From the human T2T-CHM13v2.0 reference genome, Homo sapiens, in the NCBI RefSeq assembly GCF_009914755.1, contig NC_060926.1: DNA of 64,000 bases. One strand, given 5' to 3'. Shown piece after piece: positions 30,900 through 46,720 of this stretch. The notes under the pieces are model-generated. The model was not told the DNA's origin and did not search any database. It saw only the letters and a list, made by a program, of their open reading frames with translations. How positions within the stretch are numbered: position 1 is the stretch's first letter; each line of letters starts with the position of its first letter. Both the position numbers and the translations under genes were made by a program.

Positions 30900-32370
30900 T
30901 TCATCAGTCCTCAGTTATGGCCATTGTGGCTTGCAGTGTCCTCTTCCCCCTTTGGGACTGAGGGCAATACCTTTTCTAATGGTCCCCTTGCTTGCAGTGA
31001 GGACAGTGGGTGAGCTCCCCTGGTGGGGAGAGTTCTTGCTCCCATGTCCTGGCCTTCCACATTTGAAGCGGCAATTATTACCTGCAGGTTTGCTGTTAAC
31101 GCCTGTTTGGTCTGTGGGTGAGACGTCCCCCTCGGTGACCCTGAGATCGCAGGCCACTGCTTATAGTGACTGTTGTCATTTGGGCCGGCTGTTTATCCCA
31201 CTGTTTGGCATGTGAGGTTCTTGCAGCCTTTTCAGCCCCATCTCTATTATTGAATACTCTGAAAACTACATCAAGCATTTTATAAATATGCGTTTGGAAT
31301 CACAAAGCCAATTTCTGTAATTTTCTTCTGATTTTCAGGCACTGACTGGCTAATAAAGTGTGTGCTTAGTAAAATTTGGCCAACATCAATACCGGGGTCA
31401 ATATTAGTATAATCTCTTAGGACCTCCACAAGGCACTCATGGAATAAAGCTGGGTTTTCATCCTTTCCTTGAGTTATTTACCTTATTTTATCAAAGTTCA
31501 CATGCTTAGCGGAGCATTTTTTTCATCCCCACACTAAACGAGTCCGTGTGATTTCTTGTTCTTAGATCAGCTTGGCCCTGTTGATAGTTCCAATTAGGGT
31601 CATTGTTAGGCACAGATGTGGCCCCACACAGCCTATTGTTCAGGGTCCCCGGCTGACAAATGTCAGCATAAGCCTGTGCCTACACCAAAATACCCTGCTT
31701 TGCTTCACAGTTGCAATACTTGTACAAGATAATGTGCGTATCTCCCCAAGTTAACTCAAATGAGAGTAAGAGTGCCTGAAATTTCTCCGTTTAGTCAGGT
31801 CATCTGAAAATTGGCCCAACCTCTGTCTACATTGTGCTGAGTCAGACTCTGAAAAAGGCATATGTGCTAAAATGGTCCTAGCATCCCCACTGGCCACCTC
31901 CCTAAATAGGCATAACTTAAAATGACCAAGAAGGTAGAAAATGCTGCTGCAGACGACCCCAGAAGGGCTCTGTTCCCTTGGTAGGCAAGGGTATATAGGT
32001 TGGCACGGAAGTGGACTAGCAGGACTCTGGGCACTGGAGATGGTGGAACTAGCAAAAGAATGGGGACTTGAAGTGAAGGTGAGTAAGAGAGAGGAGCTGA
32101 GGGTGCTGGAATTGAGTCTGGGTTAAGAGGTGGGAGAAGGCTCTGGGGAGGTACATTTCCCAAGAGGGGATCCTCTAGGATAACTGTTTCTTGGTTTCCC
32201 TAAAGGGGTATGAGCATAACAAAGGCAGCAATTCCCAGGAAGGTCAGGATTCTGAAAAAATGCCATGAAGGCCTGTATACATGGTATTTCACTCCATTTT
32301 TTTCTGATGTATACAAAAAAGTTCTAATTGTAAGACTGTATTAAATTTTAGGGCCCTGTTCATTGGCCAT
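30900..32370 (-). pseudogene. gag remnant of the MER61-type provirus
   Basis: LDVVFRVFNNRD capsid C-terminus, CRFKCGRPGH zinc-knuckle remnant, proline-rich region. Confidence 0.75.
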
Positions 32371-34812
32371 TAAACCCCAGAGAGTTGCCCATGACCTTGA
32401 CTTGTCTTTGGGTCAACCTGAAAAATAAGGGGGAAATAACAGGATGCTTCCCTCATGGAGGCACTGGTCCTGGCATTTTTGTGTCCAGGTGCATGAGCAT
32501 GGCCCTTACAATTGGCCCACTCCATGGCCAGACCAGAGAGACATGTGTCCCTGTTTCTTTGGCTGATTGCCTTGGCATCCAGGCATTTCCTGGATCCCCA
32601 GTGTTGCCCAGGTATCCATGGCCTCTGGGGCTTTGAAAATAGGAAGGCCTTCAGGGTTGAGTGGGATGAATCGTGAGCCTATTTTGAAAGGGGCAAGCAT
32701 GCTGATATGTGTCTGAATGTTTATCATCAAGTAAAACTTGAGATTAGAGATGATTCAGCATGGCCAATAAACAAGGACCTTGAAGAGACTCCTTTAGAAC
32801 CATAGACTAAGTTTGGCATTCCAGAGGACAATATCTAAGTGGCCTGTCTTGCTGGGTTCAAAGAGTTTACTAAGCTTTTGTGTGAAATATGAGAAAGAAG
32901 CATGAGAAGAGAAAATCACAAAAGCAGGGTTTAAAGAGAGATAGGAAAGATAAAACAGTTCCCAACCAGGATCAGTGTCTTGGCACAGTTGGTCCCTTAG
33001 GAAAATGAAAGATGTTTCCCAGGAAAAAGTGATAGTGCTCCTTGAAAGCTGTCTAGCCACTGCACGGTATGGGACTTTACCCTACCATCCTCATTAGCCT
33101 TCCCTCAGGGAGGACCCTGGCATTTCAGAAACCTTCCCACTTTTGCTTGTTGTCTGTAAGTATAAACTGGGTTTTCCAGCTGGAAGGAGCAGAGGTGCTA
33201 TGGCTGAGGGGAGTCATGCTGTAGTTTGTTTCTAGGAACAAGGAAGAAAGTAGGAGTAACTCTAGAGAGTGAGAATACTCTGACTCAGATTGGAGTGAGA
33301 CTTACCAACTGCCAGTCGTTCTAAAATGGGGGTGATGATGCTCCTGGCTGGATGATGATAGAGAGATACCAGTGGGCTAGGGAGATCCCAAAATGTGATG
33401 AGACCTCAATTACAGCTGGCTGGTGTCAAGGCTCTTGACACTGTAGCAGGAAGCAATTCAAGGATTAGTGGGAATATCTTGAAAGTATGGACATTTATTG
33501 CAAAGCAAAAGTACACACTTAAAAACGGAAAGTGCGGGCTTTCTCTATTGAAGGAGTCATGCACAAAGGGGTTTGGGGGCTTCTACCTATCTTCTGCCTA
33601 CCATGTCACACTTGATAGGTATCCTGTGATAGAATTCCAGGGGTTTGAACAGTGGGGTTATTGAAATTATGTAACCAGGTAGCATGTTAGTAAATATTTG
33701 GTTTTCTGTTCCTGCATTAGTATTTGGTTTGTGGATTTCTTTAGCCAAAGAGTAAAATATTTGTGAAGATTCCTAGAAAAAGGTATCTGTGGAACTGTGG
33801 TGCTACTAATTTCTTCACCAAATATGGATGGTCCCAGAAGTGTCATGGCACTGGTGGGTGTGCAATTTAGCATGTTAATGAGCAAATAATGATGTCCTAG
33901 GGGAAACATAAGTCAAATCCAAACTTATTTTGGATCCAGTGGGTCTTAGCCAGTTCTGCCCAAACCCTGGTTTTCCGGGTCTTAACAGCTGCTAGCTTAT
34001 GCAGCTATTTCAACACTTTCTTTTTTGCTAGTTGTGTAAAACTGCTGTCTGAAATTTTCTATTCTAATGTGACCTCCTTGTATTATTCCTGTCTCAGAAC
34101 CAGTAATTACCCCAGAGCAATTACCCCAAAAAACCAGAGCAATTACCCCAGACCCCAGTAAGATACAGAAGCTTACATATCATCTCGAGGTTACGGAGAG
34201 AATGCGGGCTTGGATCATGTCAAAACAGATGATAGTAGCAAAGCAGGTTATGGGCTAGGGGTAGAGGAGGCCTGGCTAGCAAAGGTGGTCTTGTTACATA
34301 GATGAAACCTCACAGGTAGCAGCCCTCAGAGAAAGTAGATGGTGAATGTTTCTTTCAGATCTTTAGAGATAATATAGTTTAGCTGTGTCCCCACCCAAAT
34401 CTCAAATTGTATCTCCCAGAATACCCCTGTGTTGTGGGAGGGACATAATGGGAGGTAATTGAATCATGGGGCCCAGTCTTTCCCTTGCTATTCTTGTGAT
34501 AGTGAATAAGTCTCATGAGATCTGAAGGGTTTATCAGGGGTTTCTGCTTTTGCTCCTTCCTCATTTTCTCTTGCCACCACCATGTGAGAAGTGCCTTTCA
34601 CCTCCTGCTATGATTCTAAGGCCTCCCCAACCATGTGGAACTGTAAGTCCAATTAAACCTCTTTTTTTTCTCAGTCTTGGGTACGTGTGTATCAACAGCA
34701 TGTAAACAGAATAATACAGTAAACTGGTACCAGAAGTGGGGTGTTGCTGAAAAGATATCTGAAAATATGGAAGCAACTTTGGAACTGGGTAACAGGCAGA
34801 GGTTAGAACAGT

Positions 34813-36304
<1,492 letters not shown>

Positions 36305-37370
36305 TAATCTCTTCCCTTTGGAATGGCTATATTTACCCAATACCTGTACCTCCATGTATCTAGGAAGTAACTAGCTTGCTTTTGATTTGACAGGCTTAGA
36401 GGTGGAGGGGACTTGCCTTGTCTTAGATGAAACTTTGGACTGTGGACTTTTGGATTAATGCTGAAATGAGTTAAGACTTTGGAGTATTCTTGGGAAGGCA
36501 TGATTGGTTTTGAAAGGTGAGGACATGAGATTTGGAGGGGCCAGAGGCAGAATTATATAGTTTGGCTGTGTCCCCACCCAAATCTCAACTTGATTCATAT
36601 CTCCCAGATTTCCTTCATGTTGTGGGAGGGACCCAGGGGGAGGTAATTGAATCATGGGGGCCGGTCCTTCCTGTGCTAGTCTCATCATAGTGAATATGTC
36701 TCACAAGATCTGATGGGTTTATCAGGGGTTTCTGCTTTTGCTTCTTCCCCATTTTCTCTTGCTGCCACCATGTAGGAAGTGCCTTTCACCTCCCGCCATG
36801 ATTCTGAGGCCTCCACAACCATGTATAAGTCCAACTAATCCTCTTTTTCCTCCCAGTCTCAGGTATATCTGTCTTGCTCAACAGCATGTAAACAGAAATA
36901 ATAGAAGAGGTGTCAAACTCTCAGTTAATCTTTCCTAGGTTGGACAAGGAAATGCCTCGAGAAAGTCTGGCTGCATCAATGTAGATTCTCTACAGATGCA
37001 AACATCCCCCCCACCAAAAAAAAACCCCTGGCTTTTTAGCTCTTCTTACATAACAAGCTATTCTAAGTAGCCATCTTAAACTGTGTGAAGGAAATCTATT
37101 TTGCAAAAAAATATTTTGGTTTCCTTCACCACTTTTCATCCACCTGCCTGAAGAGTTGGTTCAGCACTGAGTTTTGAATAACACAAAGCAGCAATTCATC
37201 CTTGTTTATTGGTTACTCCTTTTAAGTAATAACTATTTAAAGATTTTGAGGTCATAAAGTCAGTGAGTGGATAGAAATAAATACTACTTCTGTGGTAGTA
37301 AGTAATAGGCAAACAGTCTAGCAAAACATGCCTCTCCATTAACACTTTGGTTGAAAATTAACAGACACTA

Positions 37371-37665
<295 letters not shown>

Positions 37666-39291
37666 ACATTCTTTATGAAGGGGTAAAGGAGTTATGTCTT
37701 AGTAAAAATATTTTAATCTGTTTTTTATAATAAATATCCTATCAAGCATTCAAATGCCACTGGTTGATGTGGTGTTATAATACTATGAACAATCCCAATG
37801 TGTTATTGAAATTATGATACAAAGGAATTATAGAAGTTAACATTATTAGATTTCTTGGCCCAAAATATATAGCTTAAAGATCTGTTAGCTCTTTCCTCTT
37901 TATTCATTGGTATTGATAATCTTTGGATATCATAGAAAAATATAAAATATACCAGAAAAATATGAAATATATTGATCTTTCCATACTTCAGATGCTTGCT
38001 GTCAGATAATTTACAACCGAACGGAAAAAAAGATGCTAAATTTTCATTAATACAAAATGACAATTTTTAAAGATATAAGACAAAGTTTGATTGAAATTTT
38101 CAGTGGACATATCAGTGCATATATAGATGTACATGTTCATGTAAATATTTAGAAACCACCAAAATAGTCTGTACTTTCCAAAGGAAAAACATTATGTTTC
38201 AGAAAAATTTGCATTGATATAATTGCAAATGTACTATTGAATTCCACAGTGAGAATCAACAACTGACTGATTCATTCAGCTATGCATTTGCAACAGCTTT
38301 GAGATGAAAATGTGATGAATTTTAACAGTAAATTGTGAAGCCTAAAGTGTTTATAGCAGTCCTACAGCTAAGTAGCATCATATTTCAGCTGATTTTATTT
38401 GTAATACCCACTGAGCCTGAGCAACATTAAAAAGTCTAGTTTTTTCAGGAGACATTGCTATTTATAATTGGTTTCTCACATTGTCCCTCTGCTGAAGAAA
38501 TGAGTATTTACTTTACCTTCAAGTATTCCTGCAAGTCAAGTCTACTGACAATAATTTTATATATGAAAGGAGAAGCATTGTAGAAAGAGGGTGAGTCTTG
38601 AGTTTAGACAATACTGAGCTTGCATGCTGTCTCAGCCAGGATTCAACTATAGGTAGACTGTTTTCAAAATGTATGCTCTCAGCAGTTATGCTATGTGGTG
38701 TCTTAGAAATTGAGTCCATCCTCCCCTTCCCTGTACCCTGCAAAGAATAAATGGAGAGAGAAGGAACTTCTGGGCACATTTAGGTTATTGTTGCTAGAGT
38801 TTGGTAATGTGTCTCACGTTTTCCCTATGTATACCTCATTAATTCTCATGTACATGCACATACATACACTGACACACAAGGTAGAGGAAAAGAGTATCTG
38901 TTTTTGGCAAAGGGACTTCCGTACACCACATGCAGGAATGTATTGATCAAGGTTGAAATTATTAGCTTCTGTAACAGTTTTCAAATCTCAGTGGCTTGAT
39001 GTAAGAAATGTTTATTTCTCACTCACTTAAAAAAAGTCACTGGGAGTTAGGTTTTCCTGGTTTCCCTTTAACCTTTAAAGGAATGTCATGGTCACTCTGT
39101 CTTTAACTTCTTATAGCTAGTGGCACTGAAAGCTGTATTCTTCCTATACCTGAAGCAAAGCATGACAAATTAGAAAATATAAAGAGTTTTAGTCCTGATT
39201 TTCCAAAACGTTTGGGATTTTAAATGTTTCTGCCTATAGGTCCAGGATCTACTGTCTTCTATGGTATGCCTTCTAGGTACCCAGGGACCAT

Positions 39292-39515
39292 GCAGTGTAC
39301 AAAGGTGGTGAGTAGGGGGAGTTGGCAATAGGAGCTGTCAGCCCACCCAAGGAGAAGTATTAACTGATATTGCTAATGTATGGTGATCATAAAATCAGAT
39401 TGAATTTCAGTTTTGTTATTCTTTTTATTTAATAAAATAATTTATGAAATTATATACCTTTTTGTTGTCTGTACCCAGAGCAGATACCTCCCCAGTCGTC
39501 CTCTTGGTATGCACT
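39292..39515. mobile_element. hAT-Tip100 MITE (MER97-like)
   Basis: Ends cagtgtacaaagg and cttggtatgcactg form imperfect TIRs around an AT-rich core. Confidence 0.45.
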
Positions 39516-40256
39516 GGAGACACTCTAAACCCAGTATGTACTATTTGTACAATGGAAACCACATTTGAAGAACTGGATTTTAGATTTGGATTCTCCATCT
39601 AGTACTCAAGTTTACTACTAGGCTTGAAGATCCATCCCTAATCCTAGCTTGCTGTGCAGGGGTGGAAGGGTCCTGAGTGGTTTCAATTTGATTCCCAGTT
39701 AGTATTTAGCAAAAGCTTTTTTAAATCATTTTTTGTTTGTTTGTTTCTAAAACTAAACTAAAAGCAAAGCAAAACAAAAAATTCTGTAGGTTATATCTTC
39801 CTTTCTTTCTTGAGCTCTACGTTTATCCACGTTAACAAGAGCTAACACTTTGATTTACTTGACCAGATTATCTGGAAGCTTGATGTTTGTCCTGTTTAAT
39901 TTAGAATATGTTCAATTCCAGGATGTCATAAACTGCTGTGTTTTGTCTAAAAGATTAATATGTTCTCTCCCACCACCATTACCTCCTGTTGAACGGAACC
40001 ACAACTAAATGCACCTTACTTTTAAAAATGAGTTCTACATATCGTGGTTTTCTTTCCTGTTTTTGACTTTCTGAAGTTGCTTCAGTTTTCCAGACTCTAC
40101 TTGCAGCCAACCTCATGTCTAGTCCTCCTCAGTAATAAATGAGATGCAGATATTTCTAATTAAGACATAAACATAAGATAAATATTCTCTTTATGCCAAA
40201 CATAAAGCTATCAAGAAAAGTAACTCAGCCATATCTAGATTTGAAAACTGTAACCT

Positions 40257-40560
40257 GGCCTACCTAGCACAGGGGCTCACAACTGTAATCCTAGAACTTT
40301 GGGAGGCTGAGTTGGGGGAGGATCACTTGAGGCCAGGAGTTTGATATCAGCCTGAGCAACATAGGGAGGGCTTGTCTCTACAGAAGAAAATAGAAAGATT
40401 AGCTAAATGTGGTGACACACACCTGACCATCTTCTGGGAGGCTGAGGCAGTAGGATCACTTGATTCCAGCAGTTCAGGGTTATAGTGAGCTGTGATCACA
40501 CCACTGTCCTCCAGCCTAGGCAACAAAGAGAGGACCGTGTCTCTAAGAAAAAACATAAAT
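40257..40560 (+). mobile_element. Degenerate AluJ-like element
   Basis: gaggatcacttgaggccaggagttt; taggatcacttga...cagttcagggttatagtgagctgtgatc. Confidence 0.85.
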
Positions 40561-41417
40561 GAAAATTTAAAAAAAATCCTCTGAGTTCTTTAAAAGCATT
40601 TTTCTTAGGATTTTATCTCTTTCAAGGAACAAGTTAGGATAATGAAAAATTTTAAGATCATGTCTAATATGGCAGGAAAAATACATACATGGATATTATA
40701 TACTACCTATCTTGTATCAGCCTTTTTGAAAAGTTTCTTTTTGATGTAGGAAAGGAATGATTATCTGTATTGGTGAGAAATATTATTCTTTGAAAAATAA
40801 AATTTTCAGAGAATCTAGACATTGGCTTCTCCCAGTAGTTGAAATTTCATTCCTCATGAAACATTCCACTAACGCTTTTTATTTTCCTTATATGTCTTGA
40901 GACATAGAAGTAGAAATTCTCAAAAGTCTGTTTTCTCGAGAAAACAAAAGGAGAACAGGGACTGCTTTTAATCATCCAAAGGTAAAACAAATTCCAATGT
41001 AACACTGATCAACTGTACTTTGTGATGACTCAAACCTTTAGTAAGAATTGGAAAAATAGATAATCTGACAGTGTTCAAATGACAACAAAATTGCTAGTCA
41101 AAGAGTAAAAAACTGTGATCAGATAGCAACTATTCAAGTTGACTACATATTAGACAGTATAGTTAGAATGATGGGGAATAGATAGAAGACCCCTATGCCT
41201 TTAGGCTAAACAAATGTTATGGGAGAATTCTGCTTGAATTATTTTTATTATAAAGTTATGTTACTCTTTTCCCGCCCTGTTCTCACAATCCAAAGAACCA
41301 TCTGATTATTTTGCTGTTCTAAAAAGCAAAATACCTTTGTTTACATAATAACAGTATGGCCAGCAGGGAAGCATGAGAGTTAACAATTCATTTTGTTTTA
41401 AGGGATCAAATAAAACA

Positions 41418-41828
41418 ACTATTTTATTTATTTATTTTTAACTTTTATTTTAAGTTCAGGGGTACAAGTGCAGGTTTATTACATAGGTAAACTTATATCA
41501 TGAGGGTTTGTAGTACAGATTATTTCATGACCCAGGTATTAAGCCTAGAACTCACTGGTTAATTTTTCTTGATCCTCTCCCTCCTCCCAACCTCCACCCT
41601 CCAATAAGCCCCAGTGTGTGTTGTTCCCCTCTGTGTGTCCATGTGTTCTCATCCTTTAGCTCCTACTTGTCAGTGAGAACATTTGGTATTTGGTTTTTTG
41701 TTCCTGTATTAGTTTGCTTAGGATAATGGCCTCCAGATCCATCCATGTCCCTGCAGAGGATAAGATCTCATTCTTTTTTATGGCTGCATAGTATTCCGTG
41801 GTGTATATGTAACATATTTTCTTTATCA
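41418..41828 (-). mobile_element. L1PA13-16-type 3' end
   Basis: ttttaagttcaggggtacaagtgcaggttt...tatggctgcatagtattcc. Confidence 0.9.
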
Positions 41829-41849
41829 GAGTTAGATCCCTTGACTCTC

Positions 41850-42293
41850 AAGATACCTTATTTCTATTCAAACTAATTTTTCAATAATTCACAACAGAGA
41901 GACTGAATACACATGTAAACACTGGCCAGGTGATTCATGGCACTAGAACTCTGACTCACATAAGAAACTCAGCAAGTCAAATCATAGCCTCTGCAGCAGT
42001 CAAGAACCATCACCTTCCCAGTTTTTATCCCACAGTGCAACTAAGGACTAACCAGAAAAAAAACCAGTATGCTCCCCAAATAAACATAAGGTGTTCTGTT
42101 TATCTCTAGTCCACCTCCAGTTTCCATATGCTGACAATCTCCCATCAGATGTTAACTGAAACCTACCCTTTTTAAATTATAACACGTCCATTTTCCTTGA
42201 TAGCATTTAAATTCTGCCAAACACAAGTGTTATAACTAGCCTGAATAACTGGCTTCTGTGTGTTCCCACTTAGGTGGACTTTATTTCCTCACA
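41850..42293 (+). mobile_element. ERV1 LTR (MER110-like)
   Basis: cctctgcagca, aggactaaccaga...tatgctccccaaa, tctgccaaacacaagtg, ends tttatttcctcaca. Confidence 0.55.
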
Positions 42294-45186
42294 CCATATA
42301 TTCTTCCTTTTGGCCAGGTTGGTCTCTTTACCATCCCGCAGATTGAGAAGCTTGCACCACAAGCTTGGACTCCTTATTTACTCTCTTCCTACAATGTCAA
42401 GTGCCTCCAGTCCTTTCAGCTCAGCCCAATTCTATCCACCCATCAAGCTCTTCCTCATGTTCCAACTCTGCTTTGAACATATTTTTCATAATCCAGTAAC
42501 TCCAAGATCTACACTTCTTATCTGACCTTTTGTGGCCTTAAATATCTGCACTAAACTCACCAAATACTTGGTGTCTATTTTTCTTTAACCAGCAGAGTCA
42601 CATTTATGTGCTCTCTGATAATGTAAACCACCAATTCAGAGAAGTACCATATAGGACTGCATTGGGAAGTGAGTGATACAGTTCAAATGCCATATTGAAA
42701 AAAACACGAGAATAACAGTGTCTTTGGAGCTCATGATAGTTTTATTCTTGCTTATAGGAATTTGCTACATGTAGAAAAGTTTGCCTTTTCTAACTCTCCA
42801 CAAGGGTCTATGATGTTGAGAGCGAAGAACAGAAACCCTTGAGAAGAAATGTTTATAATGTGTTATGAATACATGGGAGATATATATGTGTGTCTCGTGT
42901 GTGTGTATGTGCATGTGGGTGTGTGGTGTTTGCCTTCAGAGTGAATATAAATAATGAGAAAATTAATCCTTAACACACACACACACACACTTTTCCTTTC
43001 ATTTATTCTAAAAGTTAAAAATTGCGATTAGCACGGAGATCTTGGTTTTGCTTACCTGGGCTAACACTGTGGTTCTTAGATGGTTCAGTTTATCATTAGG
43101 AAGTCTCCAATTCTCATTCAGCTGAGGAACTCAAGGTATATAATATTTTCCTTCTTTTTTATGTGGAAAAACTATACATTTGATAAATATTAAAAATATA
43201 CCTTAAAGACCTTAAGACCCCATGGAATTTTTCATTACTTTATGTAGGATGATTTATCCTGTTAAAAATACATGTGTTAATTATGGGCTCATGGATTTTC
43301 AGATGGCTTACATGTTAATTAGCTATAGACATTGCTGTATATTTTATGTTCAAATTATCTCAATTTTAGTCAGTGGAAGTTTGCTTTAGATTTGTTCTTA
43401 TGTCCTTTTGCCATGACTTGAATAGTCTTTGAAAGTTTCTTGGTTTCTGGAGCAAGAGGTTGTACCAAGCTCTCCTTCATGTTCTTCTGCCTCAAATATG
43501 AAATAAGGAGAATAAATATTATCTGAAGAACTCTGGAGATTCTTGGTAAAATATTTGAGAAAAAAATGGCATCTAGGCTCTGGGGAATACTGTGGAATAA
43601 CAGTATTTGAGACACTTCAGTGGAAAAAAAAAACTAGAGGAAACGTGTTATTATTTTGACTCTTGTAAAGTCATATTGATCATTTCTATTTAGTATCAAC
43701 AAAATTTTTTTTCTATTTAAATGTTAGATAATATAATTGTTTCTCTTTCCATTTTTTATTCTGAAAGTAGTGGTTGCTAACAAACTGTATAATTATATTT
43801 CTTCTTCAATTAAAATGCCAACATTAGTTTCAAAACAAGGCATTTATACCAAAATATAACTACAGAATAGAATTTATCCCTTTCTACGTACTTCCTTGTT
43901 TTTAAATAGTGTTTAACACATTGGATGTTTATTCAAATTATTTTATTCTATATTAGAGGCTAGATAAGTGCCTGATGGATAGTTTGGTTTACTTTCACTT
44001 GATTCCAGTTATTTCTCTTCTGAGGCATTGACCTTCCACAGCTCTGTTCCTAGAAACTAGAGTCTCTCAGTCCCTCATTTTTTCTTAGTGGAGATAGCCC
44101 CTGGGTTAGAGAAGAAGGTTCACTCTACCTGTCCACTGTAAGACTTGGATAACTCTCATTTTCCCCACATCTAACAGTCTTCAAGGAGATCTCTGTCTCT
44201 TTCTTTGTACATATATATGTATGTGTAAGAGAAAGAGTGTGAGAGAGAGATTTATGAATGATTTAATATATTCTGCTTCCTATTATTTTTTAGTAATATA
44301 AATATTTTTGCTATTTATTAATTTTATCTCTAACAGATCATATCTTAATATTACAGCCTTAAAATATGTATTGTTCTTTTGTGAGCTAAAATTCTTTATT
44401 ATATACAACAATCCTTTTTCAGTTTAAAAAATTATCCCATCTGTTATTATAACAAAGATTATAATATACAAATCTAATTAATTTCAATAACATTCTTGAC
44501 CTAATACCAGTTATAGCTTTACCTTTCTGCAGGGAATCAAGCTGGTATCCAGTATCTTAGAATTCCATATTATTAAAAAAGAGCATATTAATGAAGGCTC
44601 TTTAAATTTTGCCTGAACTAATTTTTTTCTCTCATGGGTCAAAATTCAGTTTTTCATCCTTATGATTGGTATTTCCACATAAATTATGGGCAAGTCTGCT
44701 GTAAAAATTGAGTTTCTCAGACATCATTTACTAAGTATAGACATCTATAACCTTATTAATTCATGGGTTTAAAAATGATTCAAGCAAATAAAAACTGTTG
44801 TAAAATACAACCATAACATAAATTAGGTTCAACTAATTTTGAAATATAGTAACAGAGAAATACTAAACCAAACCAGAAAAAAAAGGTGGAAACTCTTGTA
44901 GAGTCATGTGATTTTTGGATTATGCCCTGTAAAACCATTTTCCACATGATGCCCGTGTTTGCAGTTATAACGTATTGAAATTGCAATTCTGTGTTTTTTC
45001 ATCACATTTACATGTAGCTTTAGAAATTTAGTATTAGTGAAGAAAATAAAATTTGTATATGGAATTCAATATTTCACATTTTGCAATAAACTCATAACTA
45101 CAGATCAAAAACAAACAGAATATTGGCATAAGGTAAAATGATAAAATGTCTATTATCATAGAATTATTTAGTTAAAACATTATTTA

Positions 45187-45514
<328 letters not shown>

Positions 45515-46479
45515 AAGATAACTCCAAATTAGAATTAATGTTTAGGAAAAAAGTGGTTAAGAACTTGTTTTTATTAATGGGGACAGAGGTTCTAAACTCA
45601 ACCCCTCATTATTTCAGAATCAGAGAGCTGCCACTTTGTTTTTCTAAGAACCTAGACTCAGGCCTAAATCTCTTATTATTTCTTTGACCTGTAGCTTCTT
45701 TCTGTCAAATCAAATGTTATTTTTAAAATTTAACTTAAAATCTATTAGAAAAACATTTTTTGAACATAATTTAATTCATATGTATTTTTCTTTTATATAC
45801 AGAAATGTAGTGTCATTATTTTTGGCTACAAATCAAACAACATTCAATTAACATCTTCAAATTTATCACATTTTAAACTCTGTATTATTTATATATGAAT
45901 CAATGTATACATAATTTGGAGTTCAGCTTTCCAAACAGACAGTTCTTACAAAAATTTATAATACTTCTAGCTTTGTGTTTGTGTGTATATAAGGTAGTGG
46001 AAATTCTTTATTTGCAAAACTCACTTGTTTATTGTTGTTTATATTTAAATTTGAGGTTGTACTCCATATTCCTGCTAGGTTAACATTCTTTATTAAAATA
46101 AAAACTAAAATGCAAATAACTTATCTATTTCTCGGTACTTTGTAGTCTATTTTTACTGTGAAAAGGATAGTCTATTGCTATGTATTACCAATTACCTAAG
46201 TCAAAACCTGGTAATTAATGTAGAAGTTATATTCACAAAAATATACTTCTGCTCAGAGAGAATTTTTGTTTTTTTATGATGTGAGAGAGTCTTTACTAGA
46301 GTATAAAACTTATTTTGTTAAATACTCTGGGGTAATATTTAATCTATTACTTCTAGGCTGTGTCTTCTCAAAACTTCAGAAACCTTGCTGATACATTTTG
46401 GGGGTTTAACATTTCATTGAGGTAATTTGATACAAGACTTTTAGTTATTTTTTAAATTAAGGTTTCTATATTTAACAAA

Positions 46480-46720
46480 TATATAGGTTACCTCATTAAG
46501 TTGAAATTTCAGATAAATAACGATAAATTTTGTACAAGAATATTCAAAGTATTATTTCATCCTTAAATTATAGGTATATAATTTAAAATCTATAAATAGA
46601 CATATATTACTGTGATATGTCCCATATAATCTTTGGAACATACTTATGTAAATAAAAAAATCAATTGTTGTTTATCTGAAATTCAAATTTAACTGGTTGT
46701 CCTGTATTTTATCTAGCAAA
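46480..46720. mobile_element. MER53 palindromic hAT MITE
   Basis: atttcagataaa...tgtccca...acatacttat...tgtttatctgaaattcaaatttaactgg...tcctgtattttatct. Confidence 0.75.

Larger units (their letters stand above)
28088..34096 (-). mobile_element. Two-LTR ERV1 provirus with MER61-type LTRs and decayed gag-pro-pol(RT)-env(TM)
   Basis: TSD GAAC at 28084-28087 and 34097-34100; LTRs 28088-28697 and 33364-34096 (minus start TGAGACAGGAATAATACA); PPT next to 28698; degenerate Arg-tRNA PBS at 33341-33358. Confidence 0.9.

Noticed and set aside
33364-34096. p53 response element in the MER61 LTR
   Set aside because: Some MER61 subfamilies carry them, but I saw only isolated CATG cores and no paired RRRCWWGYYY
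46480-46720. MER53 (and MADE1 at 30162) hairpins as miRNA genes
   Set aside because: These families gave rise to miR-1302 and miR-548, but palindromy is intrinsic to the MITEs and both copies are degenerate; no expression evidence
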